Virus record (IMG/VR): IMGVR_UViG_3300006339_000005
Span: 1-64,000 of that record
Direction: 5' to 3' (one strand)
Length of the DNA stretch: 64,000 nucleotides
From: a virus
Shown here in pieces: positions 28,001 to 37,469 of this stretch. Below the pieces are notes generated by a model. It did not search any database, was not told the DNA's origin, and was given only the letters and a program-made list of their open reading frames with translations. Both the position numbers and the translations under genes were made by a program. Positions within the stretch are counted from its first letter, which is position 1, and every line of letters starts with the position of its first letter.

Positions 28001-31000
28001 AGCATTACCGGCAGGTACTGCAACGGCAGGTACACGAGCACAAGAATTATTCCAAGACATTCATGATAAAATTAATAATGAAGTATTTGGTGTAGGTACA
28101 GCGCCAGAAACAACAGGTAAAACTGGAAGAGATTCAACACAAGGTTATGTTGATGCAAGATTAAGAATTTTTGAGAATTTAGATTTTATTGCTGAAGAAG
28201 TTGTAGCATACTTACAAACAACTTATACTAGCAAATATGATTTTACTAAAGATGCAAAATGCAAAAGTGATATGAAAGCATATCTAGATGCAGTTATACA
28301 TGACTTAGAAAATTATGGAAATTATAAATCAATTTTATACGGACGATGGTCTTCAAATGCTGTTAAAGGTTCGAAGCACGAAGATATGTATTATTGCCAA
28401 AATGCAACTGGCGTAAGAAATCAAACAGTTCAAGGACTAAAAGGTACATTTTATAGAGCAAGTGCTACAACGGCAATTCAACACGGTAAAGAAGAAGGTG
28501 ATATAATTGAACTTAGAGATATTAATGTTAATTGTTCATTAGCAAATAAAATATATCCGCTAGTTAATTCACTTCATACTCCAACAGCGGCAACATATTC
28601 ACCGTCGACGGGACTAATGGAATTAACTATTGGTCAGCACGGTTATAGAGCTAATCAATATGTTAGTATTGCTACAGATAGTTTAACTTTTAGTTGTACA
28701 TTCGATAATAATGCAACAAATCATACATATCCAAGAGCAACAGGATCATCCCATCCAGGTGGCGCCGATCCTGCTTACAATACACCAGTTGAAATTACAA
28801 CTGTCGGCGGAACAACAATTACTGTAGATGTTGGTACAGGAAGTGCTGATTCTCATAGTGTATCAGCCGCAACATATACACCTGCAACAGGAGTAATGGA
28901 ACTAACTATTGGGTCACATACTTTAGTAACTGGTAATTATGTTGATCTTGTTACAGATAGCTTAACTTTTACTTGTGCTTTAGATAGTCATGCAACAAAT
29001 CATACATATCCAAGAGCAACAGGTTCATCTGCTTCTTATAGTGTATCAGCGGCAACATATACACCAGCAACGGGAGTAATGGAACTAACTATTGGCTCAC
29101 ATCAATATGAAACTGGCAAATTTGTTAATATTGCTATGGATAGTTTAACGTTTACTTGTGCTTTAGATAGTCATGCAACAAATCATACATATCCAAGAGC
29201 AAGTGGATCATCTGCTCCAGGTGGATATGATTATGCTTATAATACACCAGTAGAAATTACAAGTAAAACAGCAACAACAATTACAATAAATGTTGGTATA
29301 TCAAGTAATACGTCAGCACATACATTTGTAAGTGCTACTGCTGATTGTATAACAAATCCAGGATCTGTAGTTGATACTCCAACAGCGGCAACATATGATG
29401 CGGCAACTGGTTTAATGACATTAACTATTGGATCACATGGTTATAAAGTTGGTCATTATGTTAATATTGCTACAGATAGTTTAACGTTTACTTGTACATT
29501 CGATAATAATGCAACAAATCATACATATCCAAGAGCAAGTGGATCATCCTATGCAGGTGGCGCCGACCCAGCTTACAATATATCAGTGCCAATTACGGCA
29601 GTAGGAGCAACAACGATTACAATGAATGTTGGTACAGGAAGTGCTGACACTCATAGTGTATCAGCGGCAACATATACACCAACAACGGGAGTAATGGAAC
29701 TAACTATTGGCTCACATACTTTAGTAACTGGTAATTATGTTGATCTTGCTACAGATAGCTTAACATTTACTTGTACATTCGATAATAATGCAACAAATCA
29801 TACATATCCAAGAGCAAGTGGATCAGCGGCTTCTTATAGTGTATCAGCCGCAACATATACACCTGCAACAGGAGTAATGGAACTAACTATTGGATCACAT
29901 CAATATGAAACTGGCAAATTTATTAAGATTGCTACAGATAGCTTAACATTTACTTGTGCTTTAGATAGTCATGCAACAAATCATACATATCCAAGAGCAA
30001 CAGGTTCATCTGCTCCAGGCGGAGCTGACTATGCCTACGATACACCAGTAGAAATTACTGGAGTAACAGCAACAACAATTACAATGAATGTTGGTATATC
30101 AAGTGATACGTCAGTACATACATTTGTAAGTGCTACTGCTGATTGTATAACAAATCCAGGCGGAGCAGACTATGTACACAATACACCAATTGCAATTACT
30201 GGAGTAACAGCAACAACAATTACAATGAATGTCGGTACAGGAAACATTACCTCTTATACTCCATCAGCGGCAACATATACACCAGCAACGGGAGTAATGG
30301 AACTAACTATTGGGTCACATACTTTAGTGGCTGGTAATTATGTTGATCTTGCTACAGATAGCTTAACATTTACTTGTGCTTTAGATAGTCATGCAACAAA
30401 TCATACATATCCAAGAGCATCAGGAAGTGCCGCACCAGGTGGTGCTGACTATGCCTACGCTACACCAGTAGAAATTACTGGAGTAACAGCAACAACAATT
30501 ACAATGAACGTAGGTGTATCAAGTGATACGTCAGCACATACATTTGTAAGTGCTACTGCTGATTGTGTAACGAATTCAACGGCACATACATTTGTAAGTG
30601 CTACTGCTGATTGTGTAGCAAATTCAACGGCACATACATTTGTAAGTGCAACCGCTGGTGCGATCACAGGCGGAGGTGACTATGTACACAATACACCAAT
30701 TGCAATTACTGGAGTAACAGCAACAACAATTACAATGAACGTAGGTGTATCAAGTGATCTATCGGCACATACATTTGTAAGTGCTACTGCTGATTGTGTA
30801 ACAAATTCAATGGCACATACATTTATAAGTGCTACTGCTGATTGTATATCAAGTGAAGAAACAACATTTAAGATGTTGGCATCTAATGCAACAGCAACAA
30901 CATTTGATGTAGATCTTGGAACAAGTACAATTGCTCAAACTTATGTTAAGGGTGGCGTAGCTATTCCTCAAACAGGAACACAAGAAGGTAATAGACTTGA

Positions 31001-34000
31001 TATTCGAAACTTCGATTATGACACAGGAACTGGTATTGCTACAATTACAACAATGGGCGGTGCTACTGTTCAAGCTATAAACCATGGTAAAAGTTATGGT
31101 GATTTAATTGAGATAGATAGTGTACTAATGAGTTGTGCTCAAGGTAATAAAACGTATCCAGTAAATACTTTTTCAACAGCACATTCAACTGCTCAACAAT
31201 TTACAGTTTTAGCTTCAGGCTTAACTGCAACGGAATTTGAAATTGATATTGGAACAAGTACAACTGCAACAACTTATGTTAGTGGTGGTACAGTTGTTAA
31301 AACTGGTAATGTTAGATTAACAATTACAGGTTTTGCTTATGACATAGGAACTGGTATTGCTACAGTTACTACAGGAACTCACAGTTTATCAGCAAGTGAT
31401 AATGTACAAATACGCGGCGTTGTTATGACGTGTGCTCACGGAACTAAAGTATACCCAGCAATACCTCATGCAGGAATTTATCCAGTAACAAGCGTACCTG
31501 ATGATGATACATTAGACTTTTTCCTACCACCTAGTGCTATTGCACATACTTACGTTAGTGGTGGAACAGTAAAATCAGTAACGATATCTAATGTTGGTAG
31601 TTCAACAGGAATTACAAATTTAGTTTATGTTAACGACACAGGACTTGCTACTGTTACTTCAGCAACACATGGACTAGCTGTAGGTGATAGAGTTAAAATA
31701 TCAAGCGTTACACTTTCTTGTTCAACTGGAAATAAAGTATATCCAGATGCAAATGTATCTTCAGGTGTATTTTATGTTTATGATGTACCTGATGGTAACA
31801 CATTTATTTTTGGTATGGATAGAAGTGATGTCGCACTTACTTACGTTAGTGGTGGGTCAGCACAAAAAGTTACACCGAATTTAACTAATACTGTTAATAT
31901 AACTAGTTTTGTATTTGACACACACTCAGGACATGGATTGGTTGCAACTAATCTTGTTAAGTTACGAGGTATAGAAACAACTTGTTCATATGGAAGTAAA
32001 ATTTATCCACAAATGCCGTTCTCAGGAACGTTTCCGATTACTAGAAAAGTTAGTGATACAGAATTTAACTTCTTCTTACCAGATAGTAATATCGACCACA
32101 CTTATGTTAGTGGTGGTACAGTTAAAACAGTTACAGTTACTAATGTAGGTAATTCAACAAACATTACAGCATTTGATTATAACAACACAACTGGATACAC
32201 AACTGTTGACTCTACGGCTCACGGATTAGCTGTAAATGATTATGTAAGAATTCAAAGTGTAAAAGTTTCTTGTACACAAGGAGAAAAGGTTTATCCTGAT
32301 GCTCATTCAAGTTCAGCAATCTTTGTAGTTTACGATGTTCTTGGTCCTAATAGATTTGTTTATGCTATGGATAAGAGTACATTTGTTCACACTTATGTTA
32401 GTGGTGGTATTGTACAAAAAATTACATACACAGCAACAGATTCTAAACCTATAAGTGCTTTTAGGTATGAACCAAAAGGACTTGTAAATGAGTACGGAAC
32501 AAAACGTCCAAATTCAGGAGCATTTTTATCCTTAGATCCAAGTTGGGGACCAAATGATAACGAAGCGTTCATTCACTTAAAATCTCCTTACATTCAAAAC
32601 GTTACTACAATAGGTGAAAAATGTGTTGGTTGTAAGATTGATGGTGACTTACACGCAGGCGGACTTGACTCTTTTGTTTGTAATGACTTTACGCAAATTG
32701 TTGACGAAGGTATTTCTATATGGTGTACTAATTTAGGTAGAGTAGAACTTGTTTCGGTCTTTACATACTATGGACACATTGGATACTTTGCAGAAAACGG
32801 TGGAAAAATTCGTGCTACAAACGGAAACAACTCCTATGGAGACTTTGGTTCAGTAGCAGAAGGTATTGACTTAACAGAAGAGGCAATTATAGCATACGTT
32901 GACAATAGATCATATCAAGCAGTTATTGGTAATGTTATCGTTAACAACAATAGTATTATTGCAATTGAATACACTAATTGTGGACGAGATTATGTTTCAG
33001 CAAATACAAGTTATACATTTACAGGAGATGGTTACGGTATAACAGGAGCAACTGCGGTAACTGTTACTGGCGGTGTTTCACAAGTTAGACTACTTGGTAC
33101 TTCAAGTACATTTGGTGGTGCAGATTATATTACAGCTACTAATACAATTCAAGCTGGAACTGATACACAAATTACATTATCAAATACAGATACTGCTATA
33201 AGTTCAGCATACTTAGGAATGGCGATTGTACTTACAAGTGGTAAAGGTGCAGGACAAATTGCATACATTGATACATATGACGCGGCTACAAAAGTTGCTA
33301 CAGTTCTAAAACCAAACGACGATACTGCTGGTTGGAATCATATGACTGGTGCAACGATTGAAACATTATTAGATAATACAACAACATATAGTATTGAACC
33401 AAGAGTAACAATTACTGCTCCTAGCGGTGACGGATCAACAGCTACAGGTACTGCAAAAGGTAGAGCAAAAGTTGTAGATGGAAAAATAATTGAAGTTAGA
33501 CTTTATGATCCAGGTGCAAGTTATATTACTAAACCTACAGTAACATTTACTGATCCTAACAATACAGCAGAAGCATTATACGAAGTTTATCTTGGTGATG
33601 GTGCATTAACACAACCTACATTTACTGATCCAGGGACAGGATGGACAAGTGTAAGTGCTACTGTACTTGACGTAGGAGTAACTAAAAATATTACAGGTGT
33701 AACATATACAGCTAACCCATTTGCAGTATCATTACTTGAAGGAAATAAAGAATATATTAAAGACGAAGTTACTGCTTGGATTGATAATCAAATTGCAGGC
33801 GGTACTAATCCAAGTCTATGGCTTAACTTTGTACATGATAAAGTTAAATGTGAAAGAGATATTGGATTCTTAATTGATGCATTCGTTCACGATTTAAAAT
33901 ACGGAAGTAACAGAGATACAGTTACAGCCGCTCGAAGATATTGGATTGGATCTACCTTTGTTGGTGGTGAAACAACTCAAATAATTGCGGCATATGAACA

Positions 34001-35216
34001 AATGAGAATTATTATTTTAGATTATATCTTAGATAATACTTTATATGCTTCGTTACAAACTGTAACAACACAAATTACATATGGTAACAACGGTGAAGCA
34101 GGAGCTCAAACTAGATGTGCTGAATTAATTTCTATTATTACACACGTTGTTGCACACGGACTAGCAGTAATACCAGAAAGTGGCGGCGAAGGTTATGTAG
34201 ATATTACTGTTACAGGACATAATATTTTAAGTCAAACAAAAGTTAAAGTTGATGGTATTGTAGGAACACATCAATTAAATAACAATACTTTCTATGTTAA
34301 TGTTGTTGACGTTGATACTTTAAGATTATATATTGACGAAAACTTATTACATCCAGCAGTCGGAGATAACTTCACTACATATATTTCAGATGGTACAATT
34401 GTTCACGGTGCTGGTTATAGAGATGAAAAACAAAACGGAAAATATTTACAAGTTGAATCAATGTTAGCAATTCCTCAATCAGGAGCAAACATTGAATTTG
34501 CTACTGTACCAAATACGTGGTTTAAACTAGTTTCGGTTACAAACTTAACAGGAAGTAACCCTTATTCTGCACTATTACAATTGAGTCCAGATTTAACTAT
34601 TCCACAAGCACCACTACATGGTGAAAAGGTAACAATTAGAATTAGATACAGTCAAGTTCGACTAACAGGACACGACTTCTTACACGTTGGTACTGGTAAC
34701 TTTGTTAGCACAAACTATCCAGGACAACCTGCTGTATTAACAGATCAACTTGACGAAGCTGTTGATAGTGGTGGCGGGCGTGTATTCCTAACATCAACGG
34801 ATCAATCTGGTAACTTTAGAGTTGGTGATTTATTTACGGTTGAACAAGCTACAGGTATAGCAACCCTAAATGCAGATGCATTTAGTATTTCAGGATTACA
34901 AGAATTACAATTAGGTAGTGTTGAACTTGGTACTGCTGGTGCTACTATTAATGAGTTTAGTACAGATGGCACATTTACAGCAAATAGTGATCAAATTGTT
35001 CCTACGCAACGTGCAATTAAGACATTTATTACGTCCCAAATTGGTGGCGGTGCATCGGAATTGAACGTAAATAGTGTAACAGCAGGTATTATTAATATTC
35101 AAGGCAACACAATCACTACAACGACGGGTGCTAGAATAAATACAACTGCAACAATGCATTTCTCAGCTGGAGTAAGTGGAGCCCCTGTAGCGATGCAACA
35201 GTTTTTACTGAGTTAA
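25098..35216 (+). CDS. Giant modular tail fibre/appendage protein (3372 aa)
   Basis: Same scaffold as the 1752-aa gene (MAEF...RIR..WK..W; YSQVRLTGHDFL.VGTG; STDQ.GNFRVG.LF.V.Q.TG) plus about 1600 aa of inserted repeat modules; preceded by GATAAATA 25063-25070. Confidence 0.9.
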   Translation: MAEFKLGRIRFIWKGAWVTSTEYFRDDIIRYGGRTYICISGHTSAVLFVTDEDTKWQKFSDGSEWQSDWNSGAVYKVNDIVKYGGYLYICNTGHTSETPGGKLETDQAKWDLFSEGFDWKDIWETSTHYKVNDIVKYGGTLYLCTVPHTSSGTFQSDEDGLEADSDKWDIFAQGQDWKTDWVQATRYKKHDEVKYGGQLYICNEGHISGSTVEGLEADQTKWDYLHKGIEYKSVHAGTTRYKVNDVVKSGGGLWICNNYHTSTTTLAADVTVSGSVATIGTISGPDATRTAGTYNDVKGTTSGSGDVANTRFNIVIDGAGAATSVTVVHGGTGHVATDVISIPNTQIGGSGATLTFNVASIENTTQWYEFVAGLEFEDSWSGATSYQPGDFVTYGGYSYISKTNNTNILPFGNAGDWDLFTTGFNLQGDYNNGTAYKVGDVIRLGGYTYLAKANTTGNRPPNLTYWERLNQGIEWKDAWADATLYDAGDAVRGIGNVNSYICILAHTSDEISVQNRPDQDVAGTYWQLLSGGVESGNLTTVGDLVYYGGSGPVRLPIGTPGQVLKVNAAGDAPEWAYFGSVDGVYYVSPNGTDGVAPVDGITLDKPWRSVRYALNEIRKGPRNPDGANLLKRNKAFLMEEAGIQYVAWKIANNSAPFSTGYTHDAAKCSRDMGIIIDGFLYDIGHGDNRRSVANALSFFSLAGASYIEGQALQNVDVINYMVSVIDTTLRNLAPATNYQTTNGIAGGSQVIQKIDATKNVEAGVYARIQELAAIITDAISAGSISTIPPEAFAYNTLFVKTGIYKETLPMIVPEGTAVIGDELRSTEINALGSEDSVTTLEHTTLTLNGLLHIKSIIDNICVNGAITKTPAGAHLTMDSFSGADALRTAGTYTGVTGTSSGTGTVGTFDIVVDGSGAVTSITVITAGHGHVINNTITIDDANLGGGAAANFTMDVATIAAGNTLTQDVALPAGTATAGTRAQELFQDIHDKINNEVFGVGTAPETTGKTGRDSTQGYVDARLRIFENLDFIAEEVVAYLQTTYTSKYDFTKDAKCKSDMKAYLDAVIHDLENYGNYKSILYGRWSSNAVKGSKHEDMYYCQNATGVRNQTVQGLKGTFYRASATTAIQHGKEEGDIIELRDINVNCSLANKIYPLVNSLHTPTAATYSPSTGLMELTIGQHGYRANQYVSIATDSLTFSCTFDNNATNHTYPRATGSSHPGGADPAYNTPVEITTVGGTTITVDVGTGSADSHSVSAATYTPATGVMELTIGSHTLVTGNYVDLVTDSLTFTCALDSHATNHTYPRATGSSASYSVSAATYTPATGVMELTIGSHQYETGKFVNIAMDSLTFTCALDSHATNHTYPRASGSSAPGGYDYAYNTPVEITSKTATTITINVGISSNTSAHTFVSATADCITNPGSVVDTPTAATYDAATGLMTLTIGSHGYKVGHYVNIATDSLTFTCTFDNNATNHTYPRASGSSYAGGADPAYNISVPITAVGATTITMNVGTGSADTHSVSAATYTPTTGVMELTIGSHTLVTGNYVDLATDSLTFTCTFDNNATNHTYPRASGSAASYSVSAATYTPATGVMELTIGSHQYETGKFIKIATDSLTFTCALDSHATNHTYPRATGSSAPGGADYAYDTPVEITGVTATTITMNVGISSDTSVHTFVSATADCITNPGGADYVHNTPIAITGVTATTITMNVGTGNITSYTPSAATYTPATGVMELTIGSHTLVAGNYVDLATDSLTFTCALDSHATNHTYPRASGSAAPGGADYAYATPVEITGVTATTITMNVGVSSDTSAHTFVSATADCVTNSTAHTFVSATADCVANSTAHTFVSATAGAITGGGDYVHNTPIAITGVTATTITMNVGVSSDLSAHTFVSATADCVTNSMAHTFISATADCISSEETTFKMLASNATATTFDVDLGTSTIAQTYVKGGVAIPQTGTQEGNRLDIRNFDYDTGTGIATITTMGGATVQAINHGKSYGDLIEIDSVLMSCAQGNKTYPVNTFSTAHSTAQQFTVLASGLTATEFEIDIGTSTTATTYVSGGTVVKTGNVRLTITGFAYDIGTGIATVTTGTHSLSASDNVQIRGVVMTCAHGTKVYPAIPHAGIYPVTSVPDDDTLDFFLPPSAIAHTYVSGGTVKSVTISNVGSSTGITNLVYVNDTGLATVTSATHGLAVGDRVKISSVTLSCSTGNKVYPDANVSSGVFYVYDVPDGNTFIFGMDRSDVALTYVSGGSAQKVTPNLTNTVNITSFVFDTHSGHGLVATNLVKLRGIETTCSYGSKIYPQMPFSGTFPITRKVSDTEFNFFLPDSNIDHTYVSGGTVKTVTVTNVGNSTNITAFDYNNTTGYTTVDSTAHGLAVNDYVRIQSVKVSCTQGEKVYPDAHSSSAIFVVYDVLGPNRFVYAMDKSTFVHTYVSGGIVQKITYTATDSKPISAFRYEPKGLVNEYGTKRPNSGAFLSLDPSWGPNDNEAFIHLKSPYIQNVTTIGEKCVGCKIDGDLHAGGLDSFVCNDFTQIVDEGISIWCTNLGRVELVSVFTYYGHIGYFAENGGKIRATNGNNSYGDFGSVAEGIDLTEEAIIAYVDNRSYQAVIGNVIVNNNSIIAIEYTNCGRDYVSANTSYTFTGDGYGITGATAVTVTGGVSQVRLLGTSSTFGGADYITATNTIQAGTDTQITLSNTDTAISSAYLGMAIVLTSGKGAGQIAYIDTYDAATKVATVLKPNDDTAGWNHMTGATIETLLDNTTTYSIEPRVTITAPSGDGSTATGTAKGRAKVVDGKIIEVRLYDPGASYITKPTVTFTDPNNTAEALYEVYLGDGALTQPTFTDPGTGWTSVSATVLDVGVTKNITGVTYTANPFAVSLLEGNKEYIKDEVTAWIDNQIAGGTNPSLWLNFVHDKVKCERDIGFLIDAFVHDLKYGSNRDTVTAARRYWIGSTFVGGETTQIIAAYEQMRIIILDYILDNTLYASLQTVTTQITYGNNGEAGAQTRCAELISIITHVVAHGLAVIPESGGEGYVDITVTGHNILSQTKVKVDGIVGTHQLNNNTFYVNVVDVDTLRLYIDENLLHPAVGDNFTTYISDGTIVHGAGYRDEKQNGKYLQVESMLAIPQSGANIEFATVPNTWFKLVSVTNLTGSNPYSALLQLSPDLTIPQAPLHGEKVTIRIRYSQVRLTGHDFLHVGTGNFVSTNYPGQPAVLTDQLDEAVDSGGGRVFLTSTDQSGNFRVGDLFTVEQATGIATLNADAFSISGLQELQLGSVELGTAGATINEFSTDGTFTANSDQIVPTQRAIKTFITSQIGGGASELNVNSVTAGIINIQGNTITTTTGARINTTATMHFSAGVSGAPVAMQQFLLS
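28572..30854 (+). repeat. Seven nested copies of the ~105-aa 'YTPATG-TFTC-YPRA-HTFVSATADC' module
   Basis: Near-identical DNA copies, for example a 420-bp register between 29881 and 30301. Confidence 0.9.
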
Positions 35217-35228
35217 AGGAGAGAATAA

Positions 35229-35549
35229 ATGGCCACAGGACGATTAGGAATAGCAGATTTGGCGGCAGGCGCAAATACGTCTCTTTATACCGTTCCGGCT
35301 AACACTTTTTCAATTGTTAGTTTAAATATGGTAAACAGAGGATATTCTGCTTTAGCCGTTAGAGTTGCAGTTTGTAGTACAGCTACACCAACTGATGCTG
35401 AATGGATAGAGTATGATGTTGAGCTTCTGTCAAAAGGAGTGCTAGAAAGAACAGGTATTGCATTGGCGGCAGGGCAAATACTTGTAGTATATGCGAGTGC
35501 CGTAAGTGTAAGTGCAGTTTGTTTCGGAATTGAAACTTCGACTGCATAA
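35229..35549 (+). CDS. Small fibre adaptor protein (106 aa)
   Basis: Paralog of 14252 and 19071 (YTVPA; GI.LAAGQ.LVV). Confidence 0.7.
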   Translation: MATGRLGIADLAAGANTSLYTVPANTFSIVSLNMVNRGYSALAVRVAVCSTATPTDAEWIEYDVELLSKGVLERTGIALAAGQILVVYASAVSVSAVCFGIETSTA

Positions 35550-35580
35550 GATAAATATAAACAGTTAAAGGATAAACACA

Positions 35581-35913
35581 ATGGGAAGATACATATCAAC
35601 AACAGGAACGTCGAGTGCGGTACTTGTGGAGAAATCTACTACGTACACGGCCAAAGTTAATGAAAGAGTCTTAGCCAATACATCAGGCGGAGCGTGGACT
35701 TTAACGCTTCCAGTTAGTACTTCGTTGTTGATAAACGACGTTGTGCAAGTCATTGATCCTACAGGTAATTTTGCAACAAACAATTTAACCGTAGCGAGAA
35801 ATGGGGCGAAGATCCAAAACCTGAATGAAGATTTGACCATGAACATTAACAACGTAGCTATTACCTTTATATACACAGGTAGTACTTATGGTTGGGTAAT
35901 GTCTGGTACATAA
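35581..35913 (+). CDS. Fibre-base protein (110 aa)
   Basis: LANTSGGAWTLTLP...ND.V..ID..GNF.TNNLTVARNG.KI...EDL motif common at phage fibre termini; preceded by GATAAATA 35550-35557. Confidence 0.7.
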   Translation: MGRYISTTGTSSAVLVEKSTTYTAKVNERVLANTSGGAWTLTLPVSTSLLINDVVQVIDPTGNFATNNLTVARNGAKIQNLNEDLTMNINNVAITFIYTGSTYGWVMSGT

Positions 35914-35935
35914 TATAAAGAAGAGGACGCTTTAG

Positions 35936-36682
35936 ATGTCAGACTTGAGATCGTTAATGTCAGATATTATAGGAGGTGGTGGAACACCCACTAAAATCTT
36001 CTATGTCTACAATAACAATAGAGGTATGAGCAACGGTGGTTGTTGTTGCTACTGGACTGTTCCGGTTGGTATTAAAAACGCTACGTTTGAAGTATGGGGC
36101 GGCGGCGGTGCTGGCAGTGGAGCGTGTTGTTGCCAATGGGGTCAAGATGGAGCTGGAACAGGTGCGTATGCAATTACACACGTTACATCTTCAACACTAG
36201 AAGGTAATACATATACAATTTGTGCGGCAGGTAACGGAAGTTGTTGTCAAGCTCATTGTTTAGGATATACAGGTTACAAAAGTTATGTTACAGGCTCAAG
36301 CATTCCGGCTACTTGTGCGAATGGTGGTTGCGGTGGAACAACTATGTGTCACGCTCACCATGCCTACAATTGCTGTTATGGATGGAATTGTATAGAAACA
36401 GGAACTGCAGGTACTTTTAAATTGGGTATAGGACGTGATCATACAATGAACACGCAATATTGTCACAATCAAATGTGGGACCAAGTTGGTGGTGGAGTTA
36501 AGTCAAGTATGAGTAGAAAAGGACGAGATCTTTGCCACGGTCCAATGGTTTGTTCAGGATGTGGTTGGGGTTGTTCAGATGACTATCCATCAGGCGGAAG
36601 TTTTAATGCAACTGTTTGTGGAAATCCATGTTGCTGGGGACAATGGTCCTCAGGAGGAATGGTCAAAATTAGCTATAGTTAA
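35936..36682 (+). CDS. Cys/Gly-rich fibre-tip protein 1 (248 aa, 24 Cys)
   Basis: CCC.W.VP...FEVWGGGG.G.G.CCC glycine-rich domain. Confidence 0.75.
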   Translation: MSDLRSLMSDIIGGGGTPTKIFYVYNNNRGMSNGGCCCYWTVPVGIKNATFEVWGGGGAGSGACCCQWGQDGAGTGAYAITHVTSSTLEGNTYTICAAGNGSCCQAHCLGYTGYKSYVTGSSIPATCANGGCGGTTMCHAHHAYNCCYGWNCIETGTAGTFKLGIGRDHTMNTQYCHNQMWDQVGGGVKSSMSRKGRDLCHGPMVCSGCGWGCSDDYPSGGSFNATVCGNPCCWGQWSSGGMVKISYS

Positions 36683-36729
36683 ATTATGGACCTAATAAAG
36701 AAGGATAAATATTAAAAAGGAAAAGACTT

Positions 36730-37455
36730 ATGAAGCAAATTACAAAAGATTTTACATACGATATAGCCGATGGTTATTTGGAGCAAACAAATACTAACGG
36801 TGATACCGCGACTGCTTCTTATACAGGTCCAGAAAAGTTGTGGGTCTTTGTAGCAGAAGCAACAGGCGAGAATAAAAGCGATGCTATGCCGATCGATGAA
36901 AACTGGGAAGATAATGGAATGCCAGCACCAGACGGTGAAACGAAAGTTGAACTAGATTGTGCCGGAGAAGACACTTTGATATGTGCAATATTCCTACCAC
37001 ACACAGTTACACTTACACAAGAAGGTATTGAACGAGCATTACCAGAAGGTTATGGAAAATACGTTCACCCGTGGCCTCCATATCCAGATCACGCTTACGA
37101 AAGAGAATTAATTAAATATAAAGCCGACACAGCAGATGTTTCAGATAGTACTGATGCTGTACATAAAAACGGTGACTGGGAATTAACATGGAAGCAACCG
37201 TGGATGACTTGGGCTACAATGACCGAACTTAGAGACGGTTTATTAGATATGAGTGATGCTAAAGTATCATTCGATCAACCAGCAAGTGTTAAAGATCCGT
37301 GGGTTGAATGGCGTCAAAAACTTAGAGAGATTCCAGTAACGTTTAAAAGAGGCGAAGCTGACGAATATCCAGCACACATGGTTAAATTTCCACCAGAACC
37401 AACAAAAGGTGGATATGCTGAACCACCACACCCTGATGGCGAAGGAATAGGTTAA
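36730..37455 (+). CDS. Tail-fibre assembly/chaperone-like protein 1 (241 aa)
   Basis: C-terminal W.EWRQKLREIP..FP..P motif typical of fibre assembly chaperones; preceded by GATAAATA 36704-36711. Confidence 0.6.
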   Translation: MKQITKDFTYDIADGYLEQTNTNGDTATASYTGPEKLWVFVAEATGENKSDAMPIDENWEDNGMPAPDGETKVELDCAGEDTLICAIFLPHTVTLTQEGIERALPEGYGKYVHPWPPYPDHAYERELIKYKADTADVSDSTDAVHKNGDWELTWKQPWMTWATMTELRDGLLDMSDAKVSFDQPASVKDPWVEWRQKLREIPVTFKRGEADEYPAHMVKFPPEPTKGGYAEPPHPDGEGIG

Positions 37456-37469
37456 GGAGAATATAATTA

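Noticed and set aside
30535-30660. CRISPR-like array (48-bp periodic repeats)
   Set aside because: The repeats are in-frame coding closers of nested modules, with no unique spacers, leader or cas genes.
32003-32011. Perfect DnaA box inside the 3372-aa gene
   Set aside because: Single copy arising from frequent Tyr-Pro (tatcca) codons.
28445-32479. Inteins as the explanation for the in-frame insertions
   Set aside because: No Cys/Ser start with a His-Asn end, no Hint or LAGLIDADG motifs; the inserts are structural repeat domains.
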